64,000 nucleotides of DNA from assembly GCF_009914755.1 (NCBI RefSeq), contig NC_060935.1; one strand, given 5' to 3'. This document shows, one piece after another, positions 14,718-31,189 of this stretch. The notes beneath the pieces are model-generated. The model was not told where the DNA came from. It saw only the letters and a list, made by a program, of their open reading frames with translations, and searched no databases. The stretch's first letter is position 1. Each line of letters starts with the position of its first letter. This stretch comes from the human T2T-CHM13v2.0 reference genome, Homo sapiens. Position numbers and translations under genes: made by a program.

Positions 14718-14977
14718 ATCACGACCTGCCTTAACTACAATTTAAAAAGGATTGACTAAAACATAGATGTGAGAGCATGTCACATCCAGTAACGGTAGTA
14801 TGATGTGAAAGTTTTTCCATTTCAGCTCTGTATAATGTGGATGCATCTAAATGTAAAATAGCCACTGGTAAAGTATTGTGAGACCCACTGTAGAACACCG
14901 CAATTCACCATAATCTTGCCTGAGCTGAGGAGGGCAAGGAATAGAAGAATGGTCATCTTAGAAAAATAGGGTACAGA

Positions 14978-15271
14978 GGCTGGGCGCGGTGGCTCACGCC
15001 TGTAATCCCAGCACTTTGGGAGGCCGAGGCGGGCAGATCATGAGGTCAGGAGATCGAGACCATCCTGGCTAACATGGTGAAACCCCATCTCTACTAAAAA
15101 ATACAAAAAAATTAGCCGGGCATGGTGGCAGGCGCTGACAGTCCCAGCTGCCCAGGCTGAGGCAGGAGAATGGCATGAGTCCGGGAGGTGGAGCTTGCAG
15201 TAAGCTGAGATTGCACCGCTGCACTCCAGCCTGGGCGACAGAGTGAGACTCGATCTCAAAAAAAAAAAAAA
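14978..15271 (+). mobile_element. AluY
   Basis: AluY diagnostics (GAGATCGAGACCATCCTGGCTAAC, GAATGGC, GGAGCTTGCAG); perfect 18-bp TSD AGAAAAATAGGGTACAGA at 14960-14977 and 15272-15289. Confidence 0.96.
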
Positions 15272-15689
15272 AGAAAAATAGGGTACAGAGAAGGAACTTT
15301 GTCATGAAGTCTAATACTGCAAAAATACATTAGTTTAGAAAAATAAAAGACCACACAAACACACACACACACATTCATTCTTTGGTTCAGAGCCATCAGT
15401 AGCTTATTGGTGATCTCTGACACGAGGCAAATATTCCCTCACATTCATTCTAATTCTGCACATTTCATATAACCTGCTGAGAAAAGATCTGCCTTTCTGG
15501 GTAACTTTCTACTCAGAAGAAGCACCTTGGTTCACAGACTCAGACCTTCTTATCATTAAGAATACTTAATGGAAATGGAAATACTTAATAACAAATGGAA
15601 AAGTGTGGAATCCAGGTTTATCTTTGTCTCTCATTTGAGCTTTGTTTGTGAAAATTGGCTATCAGAAGAAAATGTTATTTGGGGGAGAA

Positions 15690-15858
15690 GAAGAACATTA
15701 TAGCCTCTAAGTGAAAGAGGGGCTCTTTCAGCACTGATTTCGCAGTGATCAGCAGAGATTTTGCTCCAGAAGCGGGCTTCACCTTCTTCCTCAGCCTCAT
15801 TAGCTAGCTGCGCCGGGTTGTAAGGCTCCTGAACTAAACGCTGCAAGACAGGGTACGT
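15690..15858 (+). promoter_or_regulatory. Candidate non-coding exon or regulatory element ending in a 5' splice site
   Basis: Non-repeat, locally GC/CpG-enriched (6 CpGs in about 120 bp); ends CAGG|GTACGT with GT at 15853-15854. Confidence 0.35.
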
Positions 15859-16509
15859 GACACAAGTTTAGTAGCATTTCCTAGGAAGAAGCTAACAGAG
15901 CAGGAGAAAAAATGCTTCCATAAAATGTGCATTTCTGTACGAAATACAGAATAATAAATGTGAGGTGTAGCAATAGCACAACAAGCAATTTGTAGTACTT
16001 GGATATCTAGCAGCCCCAAGTCAGGGCAGAGTAAACCCACCTGATCCTGACATACACTGTCAGATCAATACCTGCAGATGATGTTCAACAATGAAGTTGC
16101 CAAAATTATACACTGCTTCCTGTATACATTTCTGTAAGCGACTATAAAACATTCAGAAAAGCTACATTATAAACAGTAAAATACTGATGATTCTGACACT
16201 AGTTGGGTAAGTAACTGGGAAATATTACTTGACCTCTTTAACTTTCATTTACTTCCTATCTTTAACTCTTATTTCCTCTATCTAAAAAAGCAATAGCAGG
16301 AGAGAAGGGAAAAGTGAAGAAATACTATAAAATGCAGAAAATATTGGAAGAATTAAATGAGGTGGTACACGCAAAGTATTTAGATATTATGTCTTTATTA
16401 GTAACTTATTAATGAAGGATACATGCAATTATTTTGATTATGATTATGTATACCTTGTAAACAATGCAATGAAAACCTAACCACAGCCATAAACTCCACA
16501 CCCTCTCAA

Positions 16510-16690
16510 CTCATTCATTCAGTAATTTTATTAGACACATACCTTGTGAAAATTCTGGATTCTAAAAATGCAGAGATGAATACAACATGCTTTCTGCATT
16601 TGAAGAGCTTGCATTTCATCAGAGGAGAAAGGCATGCAAATTAATAACTGTAATTAATATGACAGAAACTATAATAGAGCAATTACAGAA
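16510..16690 (-). mobile_element. L2 3'-end fragment
   Basis: TCATTCATTCAGTAATTTTATT...GAGATGAATACAACATG...GAAGAGCTTGCA. Confidence 0.6.
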
Positions 16691-17789
16691 TTTTACTTTT
16701 TAGGAGGCATACAGTAAAATTCCAGAAAGAAGAGGCAACTTTTTCTATTTCTACTTTCACCTTGGGTTGCATAATATTTAGGACATGAGTCAAGAGAGGC
16801 ACAGAGCAAGAGAGGCAAGCTCATTTCCCCTACAAAACACACACAGGCACATGTGAGCACATGACTGCACACACACACCTTTTTATCCGGTCTTCCTGTT
16901 CTTTGTCAGCAGCTTCCCAAAACTTGGAGGAAGGGCTGTAGAACTTGAAGAGCCTCACAGTTATTTAGCATCTATCGTGTGCCAGTTGCTTTACGTACAT
17001 TACTCAACTCACCGTTATTATAAGCCAATGGGGAATGGAATTACCTCACTTTTTAGATAACGGCTTGAGTTTCTGTGGCAACTATGGTTTTGTTACTTGG
17101 TGACATTCTCATTGTCATCATTCTTCTGATGACAGATCTCATCTGTCTGGAAACAGGAGATGGTCCAGCTAGGGCAATTGGAGTCACTACCTTGGATTTT
17201 GTGCTGGAGCTGGCAGTGAAAACTTCTTTATTTTTGACCACCAGTGCTATGTATGTAATCCCACAGTTGAGGGCAGTCTTGTTGATGCTGCAGGAACAGG
17301 TGAGAGAATGCAAGGAAATAATGTAAGGAGGAGATAAAAAGAAAGTTCTGTTGGTACTGAGTCCTCTGCTCTAATTCTTGAGGTCCCTTGGGTTGACCCT
17401 TAGGTTTTCTGAAGCACCCAGTATCTTTTCAATCAATCCTGTAATCTCTATGTCAGTATAAAGTTCAGTTTTTGTCAATTGCCACCTTAAAATCCTAATA
17501 TAGAATATGCAGCTACTGTGGACAGACCTTGAATTTGAACTAGGTCTGTGTGACTTAACAGTTTAGGACTTTTCACTGAACTAATTCATAGTATGTTAAT
17601 GTATGTAGGCCCTGGAATTATTTTTAGCCACCATTGTTTGTTCGTGTGTAGCTCTCTTTTCAGTCCATATCCTGTTTTAGATAATGTGGAAGTAAATGAT
17701 GCAATTGTTCCCTTCAAAATATTAGGGAAAAAGTGGCATTTGAAATCTATAGTTTTGTTTTTTTTTTTAAATATTCGAAAAGTCAGTAG

Positions 17790-18040
17790 AGAAGAGAGGC
17801 TAAATATATGGGCTCAGGCACCAGTATTCCTGGGTTCAAATCCTGGCCCTTCATCTTATTAGCTGGGTAAACTACATCAAATTACCCAGCTTCTGTGTGC
17901 GTCATTTCATTCTTCTACAAAGTGTACATAATTGTACCTACCACAGGATTTGCTGTGAAAATTAAATTAATGCACAGGAAGCACTTAGAAAGTTGTCTAA
18001 AATATAATGAATATTCAAAGAATGTTGGTGATTTTTATTT
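17790..18040 (+). mobile_element. MIR
   Basis: CCTGGGTTCAAATCCTGGC...TTATTAGCTGGG...TACCTACCACAGGATTTGCTGTGAAAATTAAAT. Confidence 0.75.
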
Positions 18041-18053
18041 TTTAAGTTGTGGT

Positions 18054-18081
18054 TGTGATATATATATCACATATATATATT

Positions 18082-18131
<50 letters not shown>

Positions 18132-18133
18132 AA
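18054..18133. repeat. (TA)n microsatellite embedded in two adjacent perfect palindromes
   Basis: TGTG(AT)5CACA at 18054-18071 and TTTCAC(TA)21GTGAAA at 18080-18133. Confidence 0.9.
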
Positions 18134-18279
18134 ACCTTCTTTAAATAAAATCTTACCTGAAAACTCAAAATGGAAACTAGATAATGGCAAAGCTGCTTTG
18201 GAAGATAGAATGGGGTTCCGGGATCTCACTCATTTAGTGTCAATTCCCCTTTTAAGGCATCTCTAATAGATAATAGGAA

Positions 18280-18540
18280 AATTTATTGAACTTTTACACT
18301 GTACTACCTCTACTGTGCTCAGTTTACCTGTATTTTTAAAAATGTTATCAGTGCAATGATCTTTCGGGGTAGGTATTATTATATTCATATACGGGTTTCT
18401 TTATTTTACAGATCAAGACACTGAGGCTTTTTTAGGGTCAGTAACTTGCCTAGAATCACACAGCCAGTAACCGGCAAAGTTAAGCCTGGAGCTCAGTTCT
18501 GTCTAATGGCCCTAACCCAAAGCCTAACCATCTTATTACA
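18280..18540 (-). mobile_element. MIR
   Basis: ATTTTACAGATCAAGACACTGAGGC...GTAACTTGCCTAGAATCACACAGCCAGTAA. Confidence 0.75.
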
Positions 18541-21500
18541 TTGCCTGCCCTCAGGTATCTTAAGTACCTCATTTAACTATTACCATTTTAGATGAATGGG
18601 GTCATTCTTGTATCTTGAAATGATGACAAACTGACTTTGCTTCTGGACTTTTCCCGGGAATCAATTTGTAGAACACATGTTTTATGTGAGTTTGGGAATC
18701 CCTACGGTATCAAACTGTGTAAAATGTGAATCCAAAGAAGCTGGGTCCATTGGAATGAGTATAAATGTATAAATAGTAGGCTATAGAAAACAAGCAAACA
18801 CAATGCATGGATATAAGACATTTAATTAACAAGAAGCAACAAAATGCTTAGATTACTTTAAAAGAGTAAAATTTTAGTGAGTGCTTATTTTCTTTGGGTC
18901 AATGTTTAGCATCGTAATAAGCACAGAAAGCTATTGGAAACTCCTTTGTGGAAAGATTTCTACCTTCCCAAAAGCCAGACCATCCATGATATTTGATACT
19001 CGGCAACCAGTAGAATAGACAGTTTGCTTTCAGTCCTCTTGATAATCATTTATTCTCTTCTATAATGAATCCTTCAGCAGGAAGAAACTCTTCTGTTCTG
19101 CTGACCTCTGGTAGTCTTTTTCACACTGATATTTGGAAATGTCTCAGAAAGTAGGCACTGTCTTCTTTTTTTCTTCCTTTTCACTGCTACTTAGTCTGAA
19201 AGAAACTTATAGACTTTGAGTGCATCTTAAAGATCACAACCTCTATGACTGTCTCCCATCTCCCTGAACCAGGTCTAGAAGCATAATTGGAGGAAATTTT
19301 ACAGGACCATGGGCAGAATCAACTAAGATGCTAATCTTGATAAGAGAAAAGATTTCTGATCAAGAGACCAAATTACTTAAAATGAGACATCTAGTGGATT
19401 AAATACCATTATTTTACTCTCCTGCTTCTTTTGAGCAACTGCTGGGGCTGCTTATTGGGTAAATCTAAATGGAAGCCAGAGAGTGTTAAAGCTGGTTGAT
19501 GTAGTCTGTACAAGTCAGGCTCTGAAAGCAGAGAGTAAGAAGGAGATAGGTGGATAGTAGAGTGGATGAAGAAATGAAGGCTACCTAGTGTAGATGGTGT
19601 GTGTGTGTTCACATATACTTAACTAAAGTATATGTACACAGAGACACACATATACTTAATTAAAATCCACTCCTTGCCAGTCATTAGAGCAAACTTCACT
19701 CCTTGCCTGCAATAAAGGAATTTTCTATTATCAGTGGAGCTGACCTGAGTGGAAGGGTTTCTTTTGTATTATTAATACTTTAGATTCGTTATAGCAATTA
19801 GTTATAGCTGTAAATCAGCCAAGTAGAAAAACAGAAAACTAAGCTAATTTACTCCTAGAAGCTGGTAAGTAATTGCATCAGATGAGATCACAGAACAAAA
19901 ATCCCAGTGGCTTTCCAGGATACAATTTCTGTAATGACACGATTAGCACTGGCAGTCATAGGGGTTGAGGTACTGGGTCAAATAATCAGAAATACAAAAT
20001 TCCTCTAGTCCTTCAGTCATGGATGATTTTCAGAGAAACCTGCACCTTTTTCATAGACTGGATCCATTTCTCTTCCACCTGTTAACTTCAGGGATCTTTA
20101 GTGGGCCTCACTGTATACTGAGCAACTGAATACTAATCATGAGAATTAGTCCAGCTAATTTATAATGCATATGCTTCCAAGGGAATTTGTAATTCCCAAG
20201 TCTAGGAGAAATGTGTCCCTTTCTAGATATCATATAGATACAGCTGCAGGTTTGCATTAGAGAAGGTATTTCAATGTTTTTCCTAAAGGAGACTAAGTTT
20301 CAAAATCGCATAGACTGAATTTGACTTCACTGTAACTGGAACTTTTAACATTTTAGAGCTTTGAAAATTGTCATGAACAGATATGCAAATAACTTGCCAA
20401 ATGAATTATGTAAGAAATGAAATAGCTGACATTCCTCCTCTGTTTGAGGGTGTCAGAGACAACTTGGAAGCTTGTTTTTTTGAAGTAGTTGTAATACGTA
20501 GGGTATCAGCATCCCTGAAAACATGCCCTAGGCTGCTCTTGGAGGGAGACCACGAAAGGGAAAAAAACTCTTCAGCTCTGCCTCCCAGCCCAGACCCCCA
20601 GCTCCCAAGTAATATGGGAATCTCTCCTGATTTCAATCTTTTCGGGACGTAAGCCTGCTTATTGAAATCAACAGGACTATACGTGGTCAGAGGCAGGGAG
20701 AAAAATCCTTTGACCTCAAAGGGACTGATGTATAAGAGAAGTGCAGACAAGAGGCAGCAAAGGCTTTTGGAGAGAAGCTGCTGTTTGAACTCTCTCCTGG
20801 CTGTTGCGAATAAATGGCCAGCTTCCATGCTCTTAAAAGTAACGTTCTCCTTACTAAATTTATTCAGCGACTTCCTATGTCAGTGCTTTGGATTCTGCAT
20901 CTCTGTGATTATCCTTCTATGAGACCCTGCTGTGAATCTAATCTCTACTTTGTGACTTGGTGATGACCTGGGCACCTCTGAATTACACCCTAGTGACTCA
21001 GGGGGAGAATCTTAGATGGCATAATCTAATGCCTCTTAGACTTTCCCCTCTACAGTTCCCAATATACTTGTATGGTTTTATTATGTTGGGATTCCACTAG
21101 TGCTATTATTTAGTTAACATTTTTCTTTAAATTTACTGTTTTTGTTTCAAATATGCTTATTCATAATTTAATAGTTTTGATTTGCTAGCTATGATTCTAC
21201 TCATACATATTAAAATTAATACATCATTATTAAAATAAAAATGTATTTTCATGTGCCACTAGTTTTATACATGCCATACTTTAGGAAACACTGGTTACTC
21301 ATACCCACCTAGTTAACAACTTTTAGGAAAGACTCACTAAAAATAAGAGGACCCATTTTTCTACCTTCCAGATTATTTAAAGACATGGAACTTAATTTTT
21401 TAAATTATTTGATGTTCATTTCTGTAAGAAGCCCATATGCCCCACTGAACAAATAATTCCTAACAATCAGTAAATTTATTATTTGAGCACTGGCATTTCT

Positions 21501-22290
21501 TGCTGAGAATATTGAAAACAAATGCAAATAAAGAAAATATTTTCTGGAAGTGGTATGAAAGCAAATAAAAATGGATTCTTGGTTATAAATTGTGATGTGA
21601 GGCAATTTCTTCATAATTTTCTTGGCAGATAAAGAAAGCACACGAAAGAGAAGAAATAGAAGAAATAGCTGAGAACACAGTAGAATTGCTAATGAACTTT
21701 TATGAAAATAAATGTATAATAATTAATTTTAAAGAGTGTAGATTTCTGCATGGAAACCTTACAGCTTCTTTCCCAACCTATTAGTAAATTCTATGCAATA
21801 AAATGCCTGGTGTGAGTGGTGTGTGTGTATGTATGTATGTATGTGTGTGTTTATGCACACATATGCCAATCAAGGCAAAGGTTGGGATCTATATATGGAT
21901 TATGGTGGCCCACACAATAGATTTGTTACTCCCCACTTATTCACAATGCCTTTTCATGTTACCTTCACACATTATACAGGCACAGGGACAAGGCCTGCAT
22001 GCTAAGGCTGACAGTATAAATGTAGGAAGAACATAAGGCCTCTAGGGAATCATGGAGGTGCCACACCAACCCTGAACTTCTGATTTTTGGACTTCTTATG
22101 AATTGGGATAAACAAACACAGATTATGTGAAACCATTATTTGTTGAGGTTTTACTTGCTAACAGCTAAATAAATTATTAACTGAGATAGAGAGTAAGATC
22201 ATTCATCAGTGAACTTTTAAAATATGAGCCAGCCTTAACTCCGAGAATGTGGATTTTCAGAATTGGCATAAATTTTTTGGAGGTCACTGC

Positions 22291-23255
22291 ATTTTATTTA
22301 TTTGTAAGTTGACAAATAAAAATTGTATGTATTTATGGTGTACCACATAAAGTTTTGATATATGTATATACTGTGGAATGGCTAAATCAAGCTAATTAAC
22401 AAATGCATTACTTCAAATACTTAATTTTCATGGTAAGAACACAAAATCTACCTTCTTAGTAATTTGCAAGTATAAAATGTGTTGTTATTAACCATAGTCA
22501 TCATGCTGTGAAATGCATTACTTGAATTTATTCCTTCATCTAATTAAAATTTCGTATCCTTTGACCAACATTTTCTCACCCTCCCCCTACCTGCACAGGC
22601 CCTAGTAACCACCATTCCATTCTCAGTTTCTATGAGTTCAACATTTTTAGATTCCACATATAAGTCAGAGCAAGCAGTGTTCATCTTTCTATGTCTGGCT
22701 TATTTCATTTAACATGATGTCCTCCAAGTTCATCTATGTTGTCACAAATGACAGGATTTTCTTTTTTTTTAAGGCTGAATAAAATCCCATTGTGTATACA
22801 TACCACATTTTCTTTACCCATTAATTCACTGATGGACACTTAGGTTGATTTCATATCTTGACTATTGTGAATAATGCTACCAGGAACATGAGAGTGCAGA
22901 GATCTCTTAGATACACTGACTTCATATCCTTTGAATATATAGCCAGTGGCGGGATTGCTGTGGCTTCTGGTATTTATATTTTTAATTTTTTGAGAAACCT
23001 CTGTACTGTTTTCCATTCTGGCTGTACTAATTTACATTCCCACCAAAGTGTACAAGGGTTCCCTTTTCTTTGCATCCTCATGAATCCTTGTTATCTTTCA
23101 TCTTTTTTATAATGGCCATTCTAATAGTTGTGAGGTGATATCTCATTATGATTTAAATTTGCATTTCTCTGATAATTAGTCATGTTAAGCTTTTTTTCAC
23201 ATATATGTTGGTCATTTGTTTGCATTTCTTTGAAAGACTGTTTACTCAGAACCTT
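22291..23255 (-). mobile_element. L1MA-group 3' end
   Basis: TTGACAAATAAAAATTGTATGTATTTATGG; TTTTAGATTCCACATATAAG; GGCTGTACTAATTTACATTCCCACCA. Confidence 0.9.
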
Positions 23256-23651
23256 GGTCTAGCAGGTTATTGTACATTTTTAAGTCAAAAATGGGGCTAA
23301 AGGTAAAATCTGAAGTGTACCTTAGGATGCAGAGTAATACCAGCTACCATCTGCGTTGCACAATTTTTCTGTTTATTTCAGTTTTTTGGGACCAAATAAG
23401 AAACGATCATTTACTTCACTGGAATAGTGTAGAGGAATAGCAGGAAAAGAGAACTAATATTTTTAGCACTATGTGCCTTAAGTTTTAAGAGATGTTTTAT
23501 ACGCCATGTTTCATTTACTCTTCTCAACAACTAACTCTGTAATGGAAGCATAATTATCTTGTTTCTCAGAGATAAAAACTGATAGGTTAGAAAACTAGTA
23601 CAAGATGATGTAATTTATAAGTGGTAGGTCTAACTGAATTCACCCTACTAT

Positions 23652-23741
23652 AATTGTGGTTTTTGCAGTTATTTTTAATTAAAAATTACTTTTCATTAAA
23701 AGTGATTACAAAAACTGCAATTACTTTTGCACCACCTAATA
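23652..23741. mobile_element. MADE1-like Hsmar1 mariner MITE, left end truncated
   Basis: Right TIR CAAAAACTGCAATTACTTTTGCACCACCTAATA and partial left TIR AATTGTGGTTTTTGC. Confidence 0.75.
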
Positions 23742-23754
23742 CATCTTTTGTCCC

Positions 23755-24990
23755 CAACAACCCACTGAAACTGTTGTCATCAAAGTCACCAGTGATCAGC
23801 ATATCACTAAGCCTAGTGCTCAGTTCTCAAGACTCTTTTTGGCCTGGCAGTGATATTTCCCACAGCTGGATCACTCCACCTACCTTGACTTTCCATCACA
23901 CTTAATTGATTTTTCTCTTTTCTCATTTGTTGCATTTTTTAGTCTCTTTTTTTTGGTTTCTTGTTATTTTTATAACTTCAAAATAGTGAAATTGACCCAA
24001 AGCTTGGTCCTTGGACCTTTTCTTTATTTTACTCTCCCACTCCTGGGGATGTCCTCCTTCCATCTTCTTGTTTTAAAGGCCATGTATAAGTTGATTATTC
24101 ACCAATTTATATCTCTATTCTAAACTCTCCCTGAAACTTAAGCTGAAATAGGCAACTGGCTATTTGACAAATACAGCTTGTGTCTAATAAGCATCTCTTT
24201 CTCCTGCCCCTCCCATATTTTTCTCCATCTCAGTGAATGGTGATCCCTTCTTGCTAGTTCCTGAACTAATAAGATGCATCCTTGACTCTTTTTTTTGTTG
24301 TTGTTTATCTAATTTTCACTCCATTTATAAGACATAATAGTTCTTCCCTGAATGTACTTGCGTGAACTTAGGATTCAATCCACCACTTCTCCATCAGCAG
24401 TCTAGTCGCCACCTCTTGAGTGGACAATTACCATTGCCTCCTAGCTTATCTCACTGTTTTTGCCTTGACTGTCTATAGTTTATTCATCCTGCTACCTCCA
24501 TGGTAATTACTTCAAAAAGTACCACCACTTACATACCTCTGTAGCCTTATTGGCAACATCAACACAAGGCTGTTTACTGTTTACCCTTGAACATGCCAGT
24601 TACTCTCAAAGACTTTGCCTCAACTGTTTAACATTTCCACAATTCTCTTGCCCCAGAGATACAGCTGGCTTACTTTCTATTTTCTTTTAGGTTTTTGCCT
24701 ACCTTGGCAAAGTCTTCCCTGACTTTTAGTTAGTTAAAAAAAAATGCATTTTCTTTCATGCCCAACACTGGCACTGCTTATTCTTCTCTTTCCATGTTTT
24801 TCTTCCTATAATTCATCATCATCTGACATACTATAAATGTTAGCTACTTATCTACTTAACAAATATCTCCATGCACTGCGATGTAGGCCCCATGTTTGTA
24901 CAGATTTTGTGTTTTGTTCAGTGTTTATTTCCAGAAGCATTTCTAACAGTGCCTGATCATGGCAGGTGCTCATTTGTATTTGATGAGTTA
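23755..24990 (+). mobile_element. L2 fragments through the 3' end
   Basis: CACTGAAACTGTTGTCATCAAAGTCACCAGTGA; 3' end TAACAGTGCCTGATCATGGCAGGTGCTCA. Confidence 0.75.
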
Positions 24991-25248
24991 ATTTACAAAC
25001 TGTCATGGCATTCTAATCGGCCTGACCTCAACACTAATGCTCTACAAAGTAGGAAGTGTGATTCATTATCAACCTGTGTTAGAATCACCTGGGGTGTGTG
25101 TAAAATAAAGATTGATGGCCCATACTCAAGACCTATGTAATTTTGAATTTCTTGAAATGTGGTACAGGAATCTGCTTATTAAACTACAATTTTTAGTGAT
25201 TCATATGCCTGCTGGGATGACAATCAGAATAACGTATTCAGAAATGGT

Positions 25249-25835
25249 TATAGGCAGGATTTTGGCAGCCATGATCTTCACCCCATTGTGTTACACCTGT
25301 GGACATGTTACATTACATGGTTAAGGGGGATTAAGGTGGCAGATAGAATTACATTTACTAATCAGCAGATTTTAACATAGTGAGATTATCCTGGATTATT
25401 TGGGTGGACCCATCATAAACATGGTCCTTAAAACAGGAAGTAGAACACAGAATAGGTAGAGAGAGATGAGATAGAAGAATGAGAAGTGTTTCAAATCACA
25501 AGAAGAATTTGGCCCATTGTTGCTGGCCAAATGGGAAGGTGGGGTCATAAGCCAAAGGATGTGGGCTGCCTGTAGCAACTGGGAACAGCCATCACCTGGT
25601 TCTAGGAAATGGGACCTCAGTCCTACAACTGCACAGAATCAAATTCTAAGTGAGCAGGAAATGAAATGATTTTCTTTTAAAGGCTTCAGAAAGGAACAGT
25701 CTTGCTGAATCTTGATTTTAGACAAGTGAGATCTACTAATATTCTGACCTACAGAACTGAAAGATAATAAATTTGTATCATTTAAACTACTAAATTTGTG
25801 ATGATTTGTTATAGCAGTGATTCAAAACTCATACA
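25249..25835 (+). mobile_element. MLT1D/E-like MaLR LTR
   Basis: GAGATTATCCTGGATTATTTGGGTGGACCC; CTGACCTACAGAACTG; TTTGTTATAGCAG...AACTCATACA. Confidence 0.85.
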
Positions 25836-26493
25836 TAAATTATGGAAAACATATTTCGTAGTATTTTGTTGATCATTATGGCCTTAATCAGTTGTAGCCT
25901 CAGTTTTTAGGGGGATTTTTCTCTTTTTTGTTTCTCTGCTGAAAATCTAGTGTAGGATCCTCAGAAAGATTAAATGACATCTAACATGATCTAATAAGAT
26001 GATTGATCCAGTTTTCTTTAGCATTTACTGATTGGGTGGAGCAAGATGAGGTCAATCTGGAAATCGGCATTTTACCTTTGGTTTGTTTCATTAACAATGA
26101 AGAAATTTTAAATAGAAGAGTGAAATGATCAGATATTGACAACTGTCTGAATATTGGCTTACAGGAACCAAAACTGGGATTATTAATACAAATTTATTTA
26201 ATATTTTATTCTTTTAATCTGTTGAAACTTTAAAAACATATCCTCTAATGTGTATATTTATTAAGCTTCCATGGAGGACAAAAGACAAAAAATAGAGACC
26301 ACACTTCAAAAAGCTGTATAGTTTGCATGGCTTGCAACTCTAGGGCATGTCATCACACTGACTTCTTTTTAAATAAAGTTGTCTGTAGCCGTACAATACA
26401 CTATGTGGCTGAACATGACAGCCCTGGAAGCTCCACGTATGACTGTGGTGCTTCTATCTTTATTTATGACAGAAAGAAAAAGAGATAGCTTGT

Positions 26494-26801
26494 TGCTGTG
26501 ATTTGAATGTCTCCTTCAAAGCTCATGTTGAAATTTAATTGCCAACGTAACAGTATTAAGAGAAGGACCCTGTAAGAAATGATTAGGTAATGAAAGCTAC
26601 CCTCTCGTGAGTAAAATAATGCCATTATTGCATGCTCCCTTGTCCTTCTGCCATGGGATAATGCAGCAAGAAGGCCTTCACCAGATGCTGGTGCCATGCT
26701 CTCAGGCTTCCCAGCCTCCAGACCTGTGGAATAAATTTCTTTTCTTTGTCAGTTACCCAGTCCGTAGTATTCTTTTATAGCAGCAGAAAGCAGACTAGAC
26801 A
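26494..26801 (+). mobile_element. MST-type MaLR LTR
   Basis: TGCTGTGATTTGAATGTC...TATAGCAGCAGAAAGCAGACTAGACA; TSD CTTGT/CTTGA. Confidence 0.82.
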
Positions 26802-26823
26802 CTTGACAAGAAGAATGACCCCT

Positions 26824-27259
<436 letters not shown>

Positions 27260-27313
27260 TCACCAATATTCCTTCTAACTATAAAATTTAATGATAAATG
27301 ATGTCTATTTTGA

Positions 27314-30374
<3,061 letters not shown>

Positions 30375-31189
30375 TTCTCAATTGAGTTTATGATCAGTAT
30401 TTTTTACTGAGCAAATTATCACTCAATAAAGAAGACTTTAAAAAAATTTTTTTTCTTTGTGGATATACATATGACTAATAAAATGTATATTGTGGAATAA
30501 GCAATTTTTAGTCACTTTAAATACCATGAAAAATTTATAAAAACTTGATGGGAACGTCATTTTCTATTTTTGAAGTAATTACCGAAGTTATAAAGATGTC
30601 ATTGTCCCCAATTTTGTACATGAAATTATATACATGATGAATGTATGAATATTTATAAAATTTCAAGTGCAGTCATGACTGGCTAGAATAACAAATTATT
30701 TTATTTTTCTTATTGTATTCTCTAATAAATGCATAATTATTTTAGAATCAGAAAAAAACACATACGATTTTAATAAAAATATCCTTAAAAAGCATCATTA
30801 TGTCATTATTAACTAACACTCAAAGAAAAATTGCATTTGCAATATGTCGCATGGCAACATCTCACTAAGATGCTCAAAAGAGTAGTAGAATGAAAACTTG
30901 CAAGGCTAATTATATACTCCAAACCAAGATATAAAAGGTAAATTTTACCAACAAATCAAAAAGGATGAATGCAGGATTCGTAACAAACCTTTAACTTGCT
31001 CTAAGACAGGTAAAGAAAAAACAGATAGAAAATATAATAGTAATTAATATATTAGAAAGACATTTATTTTGTGAAATATTATGACAATAATTGTAGCATA
31101 CCTAAAGATGCTATACAGCAGCAAAGACTGCTAACTATTGTCTCTAAATTATTTTGTACTTAATTCATCAGAAAGTTATATAAATAAAA

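Noticed and set aside
15631-15846. Minus-strand 71-aa ORF (QRLVQEPYNPAQLANEAEEEGEARF...)
   Set aside because: Starts at TTG, matches no protein I recognise, and the splice signal is on the opposite strand
17157-17299. Possible exon (AACAG|GAG...CAG|GTGAGA)
   Set aside because: Strong donor but weak pyrimidine tract, and it appears to lie in old LTR-like sequence
20406-20828. 140-aa minus-strand ORF
   Set aside because: No recognisable domain or exon boundaries; length is compatible with chance in GC-richer DNA
21629-21780. Acceptor TTTTCTTGGCAG followed by an open frame IKKAHEREEIEEI...
   Set aside because: No convincing donor; purine-rich low complexity explains the peptide
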